Positions 1-10,245 of a DNA stretch of 64,000 bases are shown one piece after another. The notes under the pieces are model-generated. The model ran no database searches, was not told the DNA's origin, and saw only the letters and a list, made by a program, of their open reading frames with translations. The stretch comes from Patescibacteria group bacterium (GTDB taxonomy: Bacteria; Patescibacteriota; Patescibacteriia; GWA2-46-9). The DNA is taken from NCBI GenBank assembly GCA_041675205.1, contig JBAYUF010000003.1:111025-175024 (forward strand). The letters are read 5' to 3'. Both the position numbers and the translations under genes were made by a program. Each line of letters starts with the position of its first letter. The first letter of the stretch is position 1.

Positions 1-55
1 AGTTTAGACGGAGATCAAATCGCAGCGGGAAAGGGGATAGTGACTACGGAATAGT

Positions 56-424
56 ATGGGTGCACAGTTTTTTTCAATTGGCGTACGAACAGTTACTGAA
101 GAACTAATCAGTGCGCCGGTCTGGTGGTATTCTCGGGGATTACAGTTGGCATTTCGCCGACTGCTCGATCGGTTCAGTTATGCCAATAGATACTTGGGCG
201 TAACGGTCTGGGCAAGTAACCTTTTTGTTCCAATGTATGGTCAGTGGGACATTGCCGGCCGGGTTATTAGTTTTTTTGTTCGAGTTGTGCAAACGGTGGT
301 GCGATGTGTCGTGTTTGTACTGTGGGCGCTTACCGACGTCATATTATTTGCTCTGTATATTATATTTCCATTGGTCGTACTATGGCGCATCAGTACAACA
401 CTCATTCTCCTGCTAGCCCAGTAG
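56..424 (+). CDS. Hypothetical membrane protein, probably co-transcribed with the Clp ATPase
   Basis: 122 aa ORF with hydrophobic C-terminal helices; overlaps the start of the next gene. Confidence 0.7.
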   Translation: MGAQFFSIGVRTVTEELISAPVWWYSRGLQLAFRRLLDRFSYANRYLGVTVWASNLFVPMYGQWDIAGRVISFFVRVVQTVVRCVVFVLWALTDVILFALYIIFPLVVLWRISTTLILLLAQ

Positions 425-3093
425 GCGCCGCAATCGTTAGTTGCCCCGCCTGTTTTGGCGAAGGTACAGCGGATTACGCGACGTGCGTTTTGTGCGCCGG
501 AGAGGGAAGTGCCATTAAAGTTGGGAATCACATTGCGTGGCTACCAAATGATTTGTCTGCAGCGCAGTTTCACCGTGAACGTCTGGCAAGTATTTGGCGG
601 ATACTGATTCGAGGAACAATCTTTTGCGGTGCGATTACTGCGTTAGTGTATGCCGCGCTGCTGTTTGAAGCTGGCATCACTGAAGCCATTCTATCTGATT
701 TCGTTTCCGCACTCCTCATTTTTTCGGCAACCGGTGACTCATTTCTCTTTTGGGTCGGTGTGCTCTGCGGGTTGTTTGTGTATGTCAGTATTGAGCGTGA
801 TAGTTATGGCATAAAAAAGATTCCGCGCTTGCCCTACGATGCGTCTTCTGCGGCGCAAAAAACATATCGATTAGATATCTACAGTATGGTATCAGGCGAC
901 GCTCGAAGTTACATTGCTGCCGCAATTATTCGCGCAGACAAGTTTCGACGTCCTTTTCGACCCGCCGATTTATTTCTGTCGCTCATTACTAGTTCGGAAG
1001 TCTCCTTAATGTTGTTGCGACTTGGTGTTCAGCCGGCAGATGCTGGTCGGGCTGTTGTTCAAGAGTTACGTGCGGTCACGTCGACAATTGAAACAACCAT
1101 CGGACAAACGTTACTCCGTGCCTACTTGTCGGCTTACTATGATCGTCGCGAACGGCTTGACTGCTCTGCCTTGTTTGAGGCCACCATTGCACTAGACCCG
1201 GTTGTTCGTGACGTACTGTATGAGCGAGGTATAACAGAAAGTAAAATTCGTCACGTACTTTTGTGGCAGCAGAGCGATCGTCAGCTTCGTCAGCGGTATC
1301 AAAGGTTACGTTCGGCCGCTCGGTTTCGACCGCATTCTCGGCTCGACCGTGCCATGACGGCGGTGGCCACGCCGCTTCTCGATGCTTTTTCTGAGGACAT
1401 CACTGAACAAGCGCAGTATGGTGGTACGTTTCCGTTTGTGCGTCGCAGTGAAGCCATGAAAACTGCCTTACGTATATTTGAAAGCGGTGGTATGCCGCTC
1501 CTTGTTGGCGAGCAGGGGGTGGGTAAGCGGGGTCTGTTAGAAGACTTAGCTGACCGAATGGTGGCTGGTGAAGTACCGGCGGAATTAAAGGACAAGCGGT
1601 TAGTCAACCTTATTTTGCCAAAGTTAGTCAGCGGCGCGAATCCGTCTGAAGCGGCAGAGCGCATTTTGCGAGTTTTAAACGAGGCTAGTCGCTCCGGCAA
1701 CATCGTGCTCGCTATTTCCGGCGTGCACGGTGTGCGTGGCATATCGAGTGGTCAGGCGGGCAGCGTGGACCTGGCCGAGGTATTAGCAACGGGTGTGCGA
1801 CGGTTACGCATTAAAGTGATTGCCACAACAACGCCTGAAGCCAACCGTCAGTATTTGGTTGGGTCTGCCCTGGGTGGCTTATTTGAATCAGTGCTTCTGA
1901 CCGAGCCAACCGTGGAAGAAGCGATTCCTATGGTGGAGTCTCATGCGCTGCTCACTGAGCTGTCACACGGCGTCTTTTTTACGTATGACGCCATAGAGCG
2001 GTTGGTCGATCTGACTAGTCGTTTTTTGCCCGATAAGCGGCTGCCAAAAAAAGCTATTGATCTGTTAGACGAGCTGGCGCTGTACATGAAAGAAACAAGG
2101 CAAAAGAAAAAGGTAATTCGCTCAGGGGACGTTGATAGCTTTCTGTCTTCAAAAATTGATATGCCACTTCGTGATGTATCGCATGACGAGTCGTCACTGC
2201 TTCTAAATTTTGAGGACCGAATACACGAACGATTTATTAATCAAGAGCAAGCGGTCAGTGTGGTGGCTGACGCGCTTAGGCGGGCTCGCGCGGAGATTCG
2301 AGATACGAAGCGCCCTATTGTAAACCTTCTCTTTTTGGGTCCAACTGGTGTTGGGAAAACAGAACTAGCGAAGACCGTTGCGGCGCTCTACTTCGGTGAC
2401 GAAAAGAGAATGGTGCGAATTGATATGTCTGAATATGTTGGTGCTGAAAGTGTTGAACGGTTAACTGGTGGTCGAGCGACAACATATGGCATTCTGACAG
2501 AAGCAGTGCGGGCGCATCCGTTTTCGTTGGTGTTGCTCGACGAATTAGAGAAAGCAGATACACGGGTGCTCAATCTATTTTTACAGATACTCGATGACGG
2601 TCGAGTAACTGCTGGTAATGGGGAAGTTATTGATTTTACGAATACCATCATCATCGCTACGTCAAACGCCGGTACTGAGTATATTCAAGACGCTGTCCGA
2701 CGAGGTGACGAAATGGGTGAAATTGAAAAAACACTACATGAAACGGTATTGAGAAAGAATTTTGCACCAGAGTTCATTAATCGTTTTGATGCAGTGGTGG
2801 TTTTCAAGCCGCTTACCTTACCGCATGTTTCGGCCATTGCCAGTTTGTTGTTAAAAAAAGTTGCGAAGCGAATGGAAGTGCATGGCGTTTCGTTTGTGGC
2901 CTTACCTGCGGCGATAGAAGAATTAGCTGCCGCCGGATTTGATCCACTCTTTGGCGCGCGTCCTCTGCGGCGGGTTATTCAGGATAGAGTTGATTCAGTA
3001 CTGGCCAGGTACTTACTTGAAGGTCGGCTACATCGAAGAGATTCTGTAACGTTAGAGCCGGGCGGTATACTGCGCATTGCGCGACCAGAGTAA
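382..3093 (+). CDS. ClpA/ClpB-family AAA+ ATPase with N-terminal Zn finger and transmembrane helices
   Basis: CPACFGEG/CVLCAGEG, two hydrophobic segments, NBD1 GEQGVGKR, RFLPDKRLPKKAIDLLDE, NBD2 [23 protein letters not shown]; start placed at ATG 382. Confidence 0.85.
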   Translation: MAHQYNTHSPASPVGAAIVSCPACFGEGTADYATCVLCAGEGSAIKVGNHIAWLPNDLSAAQFHRERLASIWRILIRGTIFCGAITALVYAALLFEAGITEAILSDFVSALLIFSATGDSFLFWVGVLCGLFVYVSIERDSYGIKKIPRLPYDASSAAQKTYRLDIYSMVSGDARSYIAAAIIRADKFRRPFRPADLFLSLITSSEVSLMLLRLGVQPADAGRAVVQELRAVTSTIETTIGQTLLRAYLSAYYDRRERLDCSALFEATIALDPVVRDVLYERGITESKIRHVLLWQQSDRQLRQRYQRLRSAARFRPHSRLDRAMTAVATPLLDAFSEDITEQAQYGGTFPFVRRSEAMKTALRIFESGGMPLLVGEQGVGKRGLLEDLADRMVAGEVPAELKDKRLVNLILPKLVSGANPSEAAERILRVLNEASRSGNIVLAISGVHGVRGISSGQAGSVDLAEVLATGVRRLRIKVIATTTPEANRQYLVGSALGGLFESVLLTEPTVEEAIPMVESHALLTELSHGVFFTYDAIERLVDLTSRFLPDKRLPKKAIDLLDELALYMKETRQKKKVIRSGDVDSFLSSKIDMPLRDVSHDESSLLLNFEDRIHERFINQEQAVSVVADALRRARAEIRDTKRPIVNLLFLGPTGVGKTELAKTVAALYFGDEKRMVRIDMSEYVGAESVERLTGGRATTYGILTEAVRAHPFSLVLLDELEKADTRVLNLFLQILDDGRVTAGNGEVIDFTNTIIIATSNAGTEYIQDAVRRGDEMGEIEKTLHETVLRKNFAPEFINRFDAVVVFKPLTLPHVSAIASLLLKKVAKRMEVHGVSFVALPAAIEELAAAGFDPLFGARPLRRVIQDRVDSVLARYLLEGRLHRRDSVTLEPGGILRIARPE

Positions 3094-3098
3094 TCTAT

Positions 3099-4181
3099 AT
3101 GCTGTACGCCATAGCTTTTGGGGCAGCTGGTATTGTGGTGCAATTTTTCATTCTGTTGGTACGCGCCTATGCCAACAGTCGTCACATAGTTGACGACCCA
3201 ACGCAGGACGCCGCACGACGGATGCACACCCGACCTATTCCGCTCCTCGGTGGCCTGGCAGTGTTTGCTTCTATCTTTACTGTGGCATTCTATTTTGGAT
3301 TCATTCGAACAGACCTGGTTACCACCTATCTTAACGCGGGTCAGTTGGTCTGGTTCTTTATTGGTGGGTTCATACTCATGCTTGGTGGTTATCTCGATGA
3401 TCGCTATGGTCTGCCTGCGCCCGCCAAACTGGCTTTACCGGTGCTCGCTTCACTTGCCGTGGTGTTTGGTGGGATTGGGGTCAACTTTATTACGAACCCC
3501 TTTGGCGGCGTCTGGCGCATTGATCAAATAAAGCTGCCAGTGACCTTGGCTGAGGCCAGCTATTTCGTAAATCTTGGCTCAGCACTCTTTACGGTTATAT
3601 GGCTGTCGGTCTTAATGTACACGACGAAAGTTCTAGACGGCCTCGACGGACTGGTGAGTGGCATTGGCTTTATTGGTGCGGCAACAATATTTACGTTGTG
3701 CCTCTTGCCACCAGTACTGCAGCCTGATACCGCATTGTTCGCAGCCATTATTGCCGGCGCATTTTTTGGTTTCTTGCCACACAATTGGCATCCGGCAAAA
3801 CAGTTCTTGGGGGAGTCTGGTAGTCTCTTGGCTGGTTACACAATTGGTGTGCTTAGTATCATTGCTGGCGGGAAAATGGCTACCGCAGCGCTCGTCATGG
3901 GTCTTCCGCTCCTCGACGCTTTTGTTGTCGTTGTGAGGAGGGTGCTTGAGCGAAAAAGTATTTTTTCGGCTGATCGTTCACACCTTCATTTTGTGCTCGT
4001 TGACCTCGGGCTTGGGGTTCGTGGTTCGGTGGCGGTGTTTTTTGCCTGCAGCGCCGCCTTCGGTGCGGCTGCGCTTTTCTTGCAATCCACCTATAAACTC
4101 TACGCATTGGCGTTTCTCGGAGTGCTTGCCGGAACGATTATATTCGGTCTACCATTTGCCAAACGGGTTATCGGTAAGTAA
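3099..4181 (+). CDS. WecA/TagO/MraY-family polyprenyl-phosphate sugar-phosphate transferase
   Basis: PLLGGLA, GYLDD, DGLDGL, FLGESGS, DRSHLH motifs; multiple TM helices. Confidence 0.9.
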   Translation: MLYAIAFGAAGIVVQFFILLVRAYANSRHIVDDPTQDAARRMHTRPIPLLGGLAVFASIFTVAFYFGFIRTDLVTTYLNAGQLVWFFIGGFILMLGGYLDDRYGLPAPAKLALPVLASLAVVFGGIGVNFITNPFGGVWRIDQIKLPVTLAEASYFVNLGSALFTVIWLSVLMYTTKVLDGLDGLVSGIGFIGAATIFTLCLLPPVLQPDTALFAAIIAGAFFGFLPHNWHPAKQFLGESGSLLAGYTIGVLSIIAGGKMATAALVMGLPLLDAFVVVVRRVLERKSIFSADRSHLHFVLVDLGLGVRGSVAVFFACSAAFGAAALFLQSTYKLYALAFLGVLAGTIIFGLPFAKRVIGK

Positions 4182-4195
4182 TTCCAGTTAAATCT

Positions 4196-5683
4196 ATGAC
4201 TGATAGGCAAAAGTATCGTTTACTCGAGGCAATTCCAGGTACCCTTACCTGGTTTACCTTTACTTTGGCAATCCTACTTTCAGTGGTCAAACCACTGTGG
4301 GCTATAGCGCTTGTCATTCTTTTTGACCTTTACTGGCTCCTCCGGGTTGGTTATTTCGTTTTCTACCTCATTCATTCCTGGCGCATTCAGCGTCGAGAAT
4401 CGCGACGAGCATGGTGGGATGAATTACGGGTAACGTATCCATCATGGGGTGAGTATTACCATATAATTTTTTTACCAACGTACCGGGAATCGAAGGAGGT
4501 CATTGAAACAACACTCACTCGCTTTACGGAAATTGCGTACGACCCCAAACGACTCATTGTCGTTTTGGCTGGAGAAGAGCGAGATGCTGAAAATTTTTCA
4601 GCACTGGCCCGAGAATTAGAAGCTCGTTACGCGTCGCATTTTCATGCCTTCATTACGACGCTTCATCCGAAAGATTTGCCAAATGAAATTCCGGGTAAAG
4701 GCGCCAACCTAAATTGGTCAGGGCATCGTGTGCAAGAATACGTTGATGAACAAAAACTCGCTTATGACAAACTCATCGTATCTGCGTTTGATGTTGATAC
4801 AATTGTCGCGCCACAGTATTTTGCCTGCTTAACCTATACGTACCTCTCGCAGCCAAATCCGCAGCGGTCAAGTTACCAACCAGCCGTTGTTTATAATAAT
4901 AATCTTTGGGAGTCGCCGGCGTTGGTTCGCATTGCCGCCATGGGCACAACATTCTGGTTGATGACCGAACTCGCTCGGCCAGAGCGACTCTTTACATTTT
5001 CGTCGCACAGCATGAGCTGGCAGGCGCTCGTTGATGTTGGCTTCTGGGAGAAGCGAATTGTCACCGAAGATTCGCGTATTTTCTTGCAGTGCTTCCTGCA
5101 CTATGAGGGTGACTACGTCGTTACGCCAATGTACGTGCCAGTATCGATGGATATGGTGGCGGCTGGTGGGTACGTGAAAAGTTTAGGGGCACTGTATCGA
5201 CAGCAGCGACGCTGGGCGTGGGGCGTTGAGCACTTACCGTTCATGCTGTGGAACTTCCGAAAACACCCAAACATTCCGATGCGAAAAAAATTGTACTACC
5301 TCTGGAATTTGGGCGAGGGTATGTATACGTGGGCCACAGCACCAATTCTTATCACCGTGCTTGGCTATCTACCGCTCTATTTGGCGCCGCTGAACATTGC
5401 AGAAGTTGCGCTCACACAGAATGCGCCGGCATTACTTGAGTTGTTACTACGACTCGCCATGGTGGGTATTTTTGTAAGCGGTATTTTGGGTATGTCGCTC
5501 TTGCCACCTCGGCCAAACACTGTACCGGCGAACAGATACCTCATCATGATTTTACAGTGGGCACTGTTACCGTTCACGCTAATTTTATTTGGTTCGCTAC
5601 CGGCAATTGATGCGCAAACGAGACTCCTTCTCGGCAAGCACCTCGGTTTTAACGTCACACATAAGGTACGAAAGTCGTCATGA
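4196..5683 (+). CDS. Membrane GT2-family glycosyltransferase
   Basis: FDVD, TEDS and QQRRW motifs of processive GT2 enzymes; N- and C-terminal TM helices. Confidence 0.85.
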   Translation: MTDRQKYRLLEAIPGTLTWFTFTLAILLSVVKPLWAIALVILFDLYWLLRVGYFVFYLIHSWRIQRRESRRAWWDELRVTYPSWGEYYHIIFLPTYRESKEVIETTLTRFTEIAYDPKRLIVVLAGEERDAENFSALARELEARYASHFHAFITTLHPKDLPNEIPGKGANLNWSGHRVQEYVDEQKLAYDKLIVSAFDVDTIVAPQYFACLTYTYLSQPNPQRSSYQPAVVYNNNLWESPALVRIAAMGTTFWLMTELARPERLFTFSSHSMSWQALVDVGFWEKRIVTEDSRIFLQCFLHYEGDYVVTPMYVPVSMDMVAAGGYVKSLGALYRQQRRWAWGVEHLPFMLWNFRKHPNIPMRKKLYYLWNLGEGMYTWATAPILITVLGYLPLYLAPLNIAEVALTQNAPALLELLLRLAMVGIFVSGILGMSLLPPRPNTVPANRYLIMILQWALLPFTLILFGSLPAIDAQTRLLLGKHLGFNVTHKVRKSS

Positions 5684-6669
5684 GCGTTCGTATCGTACTT
5701 GTCACGAGAAACGGGCTACCCATTGTTGAAGAGTCCTTGTCTGCCATTGCTAGCTATAGCGGTGGTGCACAGGTGAGTTTGCTAGACAATGGTTCGACAG
5801 ACGGAACAAGTGCCGTTCTTCGTGCATGGGCCATGCAGCACAATGCAGAGCTATTAATCTCAGAAACAAACACCGGTTTTTCAGCCGCCTATAATGCTTT
5901 ACTGCGACAGGGGAGTGAGCCATATCTCTTGGTATTAAATCAAGATGCGGTGTTGAGTTCCGGCTATGTGGATGCATTAGAGAAAGTGCTCGGTGAAGTG
6001 CCTGAGCTAGCGTCAGTTAGCGGAACGCTACTCCGCAGGGATGACGTCGTAACAAATGTTATCGACGCGCAGGGGCTTACAATTCATGCAACGGGTCGGG
6101 TAGTTGAGAGAAACCGCGGACAACAATTTAAAAATTCGACCACGGAGTTACAGTACGGTTTTGGTAATCCCGCCACAGCTACGCTGTATCGTCGCTCAGC
6201 ACTGCAAAGTATCGCCCTTGGCACCGCCGTACATCCACAATATTTTGATGAGCACTTCTTTGCCTATAAAGAGGATGTTGACCTCGCGTACCGTCTGGCA
6301 CTTGCCGGTTGGAAGTCTGCGGTCTTACCGAATGTTGTCGCCAGTCACATTCGCTCAGTCCGCGGCATTGCGGACGACCAGCAAGAAATTGGGGGGCGGC
6401 GTACGGCTGCGGCATGGCTTGCCCGGACTGATCTCCAGCAGTACCTTTCTTATCGTAACCACCTATATTTTCTTTTTGGTACCGCGCTCGTGCGGCGAAA
6501 CTATGTTTCATTGCCGCTCGTTATTATGTACGAAAAGATAAAGGCGTTTATGGTACTCATTACCCGACCACGACAATTTTTTCGAGCGTGGGGCGAGGTA
6601 TTTGGTAATCGTGAGTATTTGAAGGAAAAGCGTAAACACACTCGTGCTCTTAAACGGGTTCAGGTATGA
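5680..6669 (+). CDS. GT2-family glycosyltransferase
   Basis: DNGSTDGT, LNQDA, FFAYKEDVDLAYR. Confidence 0.9.
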   Translation: MSVRIVLVTRNGLPIVEESLSAIASYSGGAQVSLLDNGSTDGTSAVLRAWAMQHNAELLISETNTGFSAAYNALLRQGSEPYLLVLNQDAVLSSGYVDALEKVLGEVPELASVSGTLLRRDDVVTNVIDAQGLTIHATGRVVERNRGQQFKNSTTELQYGFGNPATATLYRRSALQSIALGTAVHPQYFDEHFFAYKEDVDLAYRLALAGWKSAVLPNVVASHIRSVRGIADDQQEIGGRRTAAAWLARTDLQQYLSYRNHLYFLFGTALVRRNYVSLPLVIMYEKIKAFMVLITRPRQFFRAWGEVFGNREYLKEKRKHTRALKRVQV

Positions 6670-7448
6670 AACTTTCAATTGTTATCGTAAATTATAATAC
6701 CGCTGGATTGCTTCGTGAATTTTTGCGCGCCATTTTTGCGAATCCGCCGGAGATTCCATATGAGATTATCGTTGTTGATAATGGCTCACGGGATAGAAGT
6801 ATTGAAGTACTCAAAGAGTTTTCTGGTCGAGTACAGGTGATAGATACAAAGCGTAATCTTGGATATAGCCGCGGCACTAATGTTGGTATTCAGACGGCAC
6901 AAGGGGAGTTCATACTGCTCGCTAACACCGACCTCGTTTGGGAGCCTGCGGCTGTTCTTTCGCTTGTTGCACATGTAGAGGCAAACCCAAAGGTTGGTGC
7001 CGTCGGACCCAAATTATTGAATCCTGATTCCTCGCTTCAGTATTCCTGCTACCGTTTTCATACACTACTCACCGCGTTGTACCGTCGCACGCCGCTTGGA
7101 CGAACGCAGACGGGAAAGCGTGAGTTAGCCCGATTTCTCATGACGGATTGGTCGCACGACGAAACGCGAGCAGTTCCCTGGTTAATGTCGAGTTGTCTAT
7201 TACTTCGTCGCGCGGCAATGACTGCGGTGGGCAATTTTGATGAACGCTACTTTGTCTATTTCGCCGACACGGATTACTGTCGCCGGTTATGGTTGGCGAA
7301 CTGGGAAGTGCATTACCTGGCTTCGGCCTCGCTGATACACTTTCATAGACGTGAATCAGCTGACGACTGGCGCACTGCGATTATTCATAGTAAGGATCTT
7401 TTGCGATATTTTTGGAAGTGGAGAAGGTCAGTGCCGCCGCGCGTTTAG
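6666..7448 (+). CDS. GT2-family glycosyltransferase (rhamnosyltransferase-like)
   Basis: SIVIVNYN, VVDNGSRD, ANTD, FDERYFVYFADTDYC. Confidence 0.9.
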   Translation: MKLSIVIVNYNTAGLLREFLRAIFANPPEIPYEIIVVDNGSRDRSIEVLKEFSGRVQVIDTKRNLGYSRGTNVGIQTAQGEFILLANTDLVWEPAAVLSLVAHVEANPKVGAVGPKLLNPDSSLQYSCYRFHTLLTALYRRTPLGRTQTGKRELARFLMTDWSHDETRAVPWLMSSCLLLRRAAMTAVGNFDERYFVYFADTDYCRRLWLANWEVHYLASASLIHFHRRESADDWRTAIIHSKDLLRYFWKWRRSVPPRV

Positions 7449-7487
7449 GATTGCCAAAGCGGCGTTTTTTCAGTATCATAGAAGACT

Positions 7488-8495
7488 ATGTGGTCAAAGA
7501 AAATTGCCATTGATCTTGGCACAACAAACACATTGGTGCATTTGCCGAAGCGTGGCATTGTTATCAATGAACCATCCGTTGTGGCCATTTCTATCGTGGA
7601 CAAAAAGATTTTGGCAGTGGGGAACGAAGCAAAAGAAATGCTTGGCCGAACGCCAGAAACAATTGTCGCGCTCCGACCACTGAAAGAAGGCGTCATAGCA
7701 GATTACCGAACCACCGAAGCCATGCTTCGTTATTTCATAAATAAAGCTTTAGGTGGTGTTCGTTTTTTTCGACCGGAAGTAATGGTAGCTGTCCCCGCCG
7801 GTATTACCGCCACAGAACGTCGCGCCGTAATCGACGCTTGTATGGCGGCCGGCGCCAAAGCCGCGTTTATCATTAAAGAGCCTATTGCTGCTGCCATTGG
7901 TGCAAACATTCCCATTGGTTCGCCGTCAGGCCACATGATTATCGACATCGGTGGTGGTACATCTGAAATGGCGGTTATCTCGCTCGGTGGCATTGTATCG
8001 AGCACTTCAGTGCGCATTGGTGGCACGAAATTTGATGCCGCCATCATGGAGCATATTAAGAAAAAGTATAACTTGGCTATTGGTGAACGAACGGCAGAAG
8101 AAATTAAAATTGAAATTGGTTCTGCGCTTTACCTCGACGAAAAATTAAGTATGAACGTTCGTGGTCGGGACACCCTTACAGGACTCCCACAAACTATCAC
8201 CGTGACGTCTGACGACGTGACCGACGCTATTCAAGCTGAGTTAGAAGGAATCATTGACGCCACAAAGTCCGTTTTGCAGCACACGCCACCAGAGCTTTCG
8301 GCCGATGTCATCGACAAAGGCATGGTGCTTTCAGGTGGCAGCTCATTACTCAGAAATCTTGACCAACTGTTGAGTCGTGCCACTGGTGTGCCAGCGTACG
8401 TGGCGGATGACGCTTTGCTCTGCGTTGCGAAAGGTACTGGCATTGCCCTCGAGAATTTAGAAGCATATAAGCGAAGTATTTTGGCCACCCGCTAG
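7488..8495 (+). CDS. mreB: Rod shape-determining protein MreB
   Basis: IDLGTTNT, EPSVVA, RPLKEGVIAD, DIGGGTSE, TPPELSAD. Confidence 0.97.
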   Translation: MWSKKIAIDLGTTNTLVHLPKRGIVINEPSVVAISIVDKKILAVGNEAKEMLGRTPETIVALRPLKEGVIADYRTTEAMLRYFINKALGGVRFFRPEVMVAVPAGITATERRAVIDACMAAGAKAAFIIKEPIAAAIGANIPIGSPSGHMIIDIGGGTSEMAVISLGGIVSSTSVRIGGTKFDAAIMEHIKKKYNLAIGERTAEEIKIEIGSALYLDEKLSMNVRGRDTLTGLPQTITVTSDDVTDAIQAELEGIIDATKSVLQHTPPELSADVIDKGMVLSGGSSLLRNLDQLLSRATGVPAYVADDALLCVAKGTGIALENLEAYKRSILATR

Positions 8496-8499
8496 CGGT

Positions 8500-9240
8500 A
8501 TGCCGGAAGGAAATAGTCGAGTAAGTGAAACAAGCGGTCCAAATATTAATGACTGGGCAGAGGCGGTTAGACCCATTGATGAAGCGTTCGCCGACCGAAT
8601 CGGAATACCTCGTCAGGAAGGGTATCGAGCTGGGGCGGAAATTGGCTTACCAATGCCAGACAGCCGAACGCTTTCACTTCCTGATTTTTTAATGTCGCCG
8701 AACGAGCATCTCCAGCAGTTTGATTCTGAGTGTTATATAGTTGCACTGCTGCCTCACGATGCAAATTTGCCACGAGTATCAACTGCAAGGCTAGATTCGA
8801 ACGATATAATTTCTCTCGTGCACGATAAAGTTCCGGAAGCGGTTCGTGATTCCTATGATATTCGTTTGATGCCATATTACGACGTAAAATACGGTGGCAA
8901 TATAGTCGCGAATCCCAATGGTACGATGCATGTTGAATTCCGACAGGGACTTCCCGGGCCGGTGGCCTATGGTACCGAAACGCCACCGTTTTCTGCTAGT
9001 CGGGATCAATTTTTGCATAGCTTCAAATACAGTTTCGAAGATGAAGATTTGCGTAAGCAGATTTCGGAGGTTATAGCCCACATCCCGCATTCCGGAGAGG
9101 CGAGGGAAACACAGTATCACCCAGGCTACTATGAATTTATAGTCGTGGATAAGGGTGACAAAGCCCCATTAAAAACCCTCTTTATAGATTATCGTGATGA
9201 CCCAAGTTATTTTACCGATAGTGGCCCCAAGGCGGTTTGA
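8500..9240 (+). CDS. Hypothetical protein
   Basis: 246 aa ORF filling the gap between mreB and rplU; no motif recognised. Confidence 0.7.
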   Translation: MPEGNSRVSETSGPNINDWAEAVRPIDEAFADRIGIPRQEGYRAGAEIGLPMPDSRTLSLPDFLMSPNEHLQQFDSECYIVALLPHDANLPRVSTARLDSNDIISLVHDKVPEAVRDSYDIRLMPYYDVKYGGNIVANPNGTMHVEFRQGLPGPVAYGTETPPFSASRDQFLHSFKYSFEDEDLRKQISEVIAHIPHSGEARETQYHPGYYEFIVVDKGDKAPLKTLFIDYRDDPSYFTDSGPKAV

Positions 9241-9265
9241 CACGGTCAAGGCACTAATCTATACT
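9237..9265 (+). promoter_or_regulatory. Sigma70-type promoter of rplU
   Basis: TTGACA-17 bp-TATACT. Confidence 0.75.
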
Positions 9266-9290
9266 GGAGCGACTATCTTTACTGAACTAT

Positions 9291-9605
9291 ATGCACGCAG
9301 TAATCAAAACGGGCGGAAAACAGTACGTTGTCACAGAACAACAGCAGCTTGATATTGAAAAAATTGAGGGTGAGGAAGGTGCGGTAATTACGCTGAAGGA
9401 TGTCCTGTTGGTGTCGGACGACAAAAAGGTGACCATTGGCACACCGATGCTCGAAAAGGCAGCTGTTCAGGCAACGATTCTAAAGCAAGGCCGAGCTCGT
9501 AAAATTAGAGTCGTTAAATTTAAATCTAAAGTTCGCTACCACAAGGTACAGGGGCACCGACAGCCTTTCACGAAAATTCAGGTCACGAAAATTTCAGCCT
9601 CCTAG
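9291..9605 (+). CDS. rplU: 50S ribosomal protein L21
   Basis: AVIKTGGKQY ... GHRQPFT. Confidence 0.97.
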   Translation: MHAVIKTGGKQYVVTEQQQLDIEKIEGEEGAVITLKDVLLVSDDKKVTIGTPMLEKAAVQATILKQGRARKIRVVKFKSKVRYHKVQGHRQPFTKIQVTKISAS

Positions 9606-9616
9606 AGGCTGAAATT
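9590..9616. terminator. Hairpin between convergent rplU and recR
   Basis: aatttcagcctc-cta-gaggctgaaatt followed by a T-rich tract. Confidence 0.6.
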
Positions 9617-9618
9617 GT

Positions 9619-10242
9619 TTATTGTTCTTCCGAGGCTGAAATTCCTTTATCCTCTCGGCGTCCGAGAATCGCGTTTTGCAAGGTAATTTCATCGGCGTAT
9701 TCAAGGAGTGCGCCGGTTGCCATGCCGCGAGCGAGTTGTGTGATTCTGATGTTGGCTCGTTGTCGTAGTTCTTGCTTCAGATAACTTGTGGTTGTTTCGC
9801 CGGCCGTGTCACTATCAAAGGCTAATAACACTTCGGTAACGTCCGGCTTGATTCTCGCCAGCAGCTCCGCAATTGGGAGGTTAGTCGCGTCAATGCCTGC
9901 TACGGGGTCTAATGTGCCGCCTAGGACGAAATAGAGCCCTTGGAAGGCACCTGTTTGTTCAATGGCGGTTATGGCGTTGTCTTCTGCCACTACACACAGC
10001 TGCGAACCGTTGCGTGATGAGTTGGCACAAATAGGGCATAGGACTGCCTCGCTCAGCTGTCGACATTTTTCACACAATCGCAATTCCTGCTGCACGAGGA
10101 GCAATGCCTGACTGAGCTCTTTAACTCGTCGTGAGTCACTGCGAACAATGTGGTAGGCAAAACGAATGGCGGTGCGTCGTCCAACGCCAGGGAGAAGTAA
10201 AAACGTCTCAATGAGACGCTGCAAGGGCAGCGGGTAGCGCAT
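9619..10242 (-). CDS. recR: Recombination mediator RecR
   Basis: LPGVGRRTA HhH, C4 Zn finger, LCVVAE TOPRIM, LEYADEITL. Confidence 0.95.
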   Translation of the reverse strand: MRYPLPLQRLIETFLLLPGVGRRTAIRFAYHIVRSDSRRVKELSQALLLVQQELRLCEKCRQLSEAVLCPICANSSRNGSQLCVVAEDNAITAIEQTGAFQGLYFVLGGTLDPVAGIDATNLPIAELLARIKPDVTEVLLAFDSDTAGETTTSYLKQELRQRANIRITQLARGMATGALLEYADEITLQNAILGRREDKGISASEEQ

Positions 10243-10245
10243 ACC

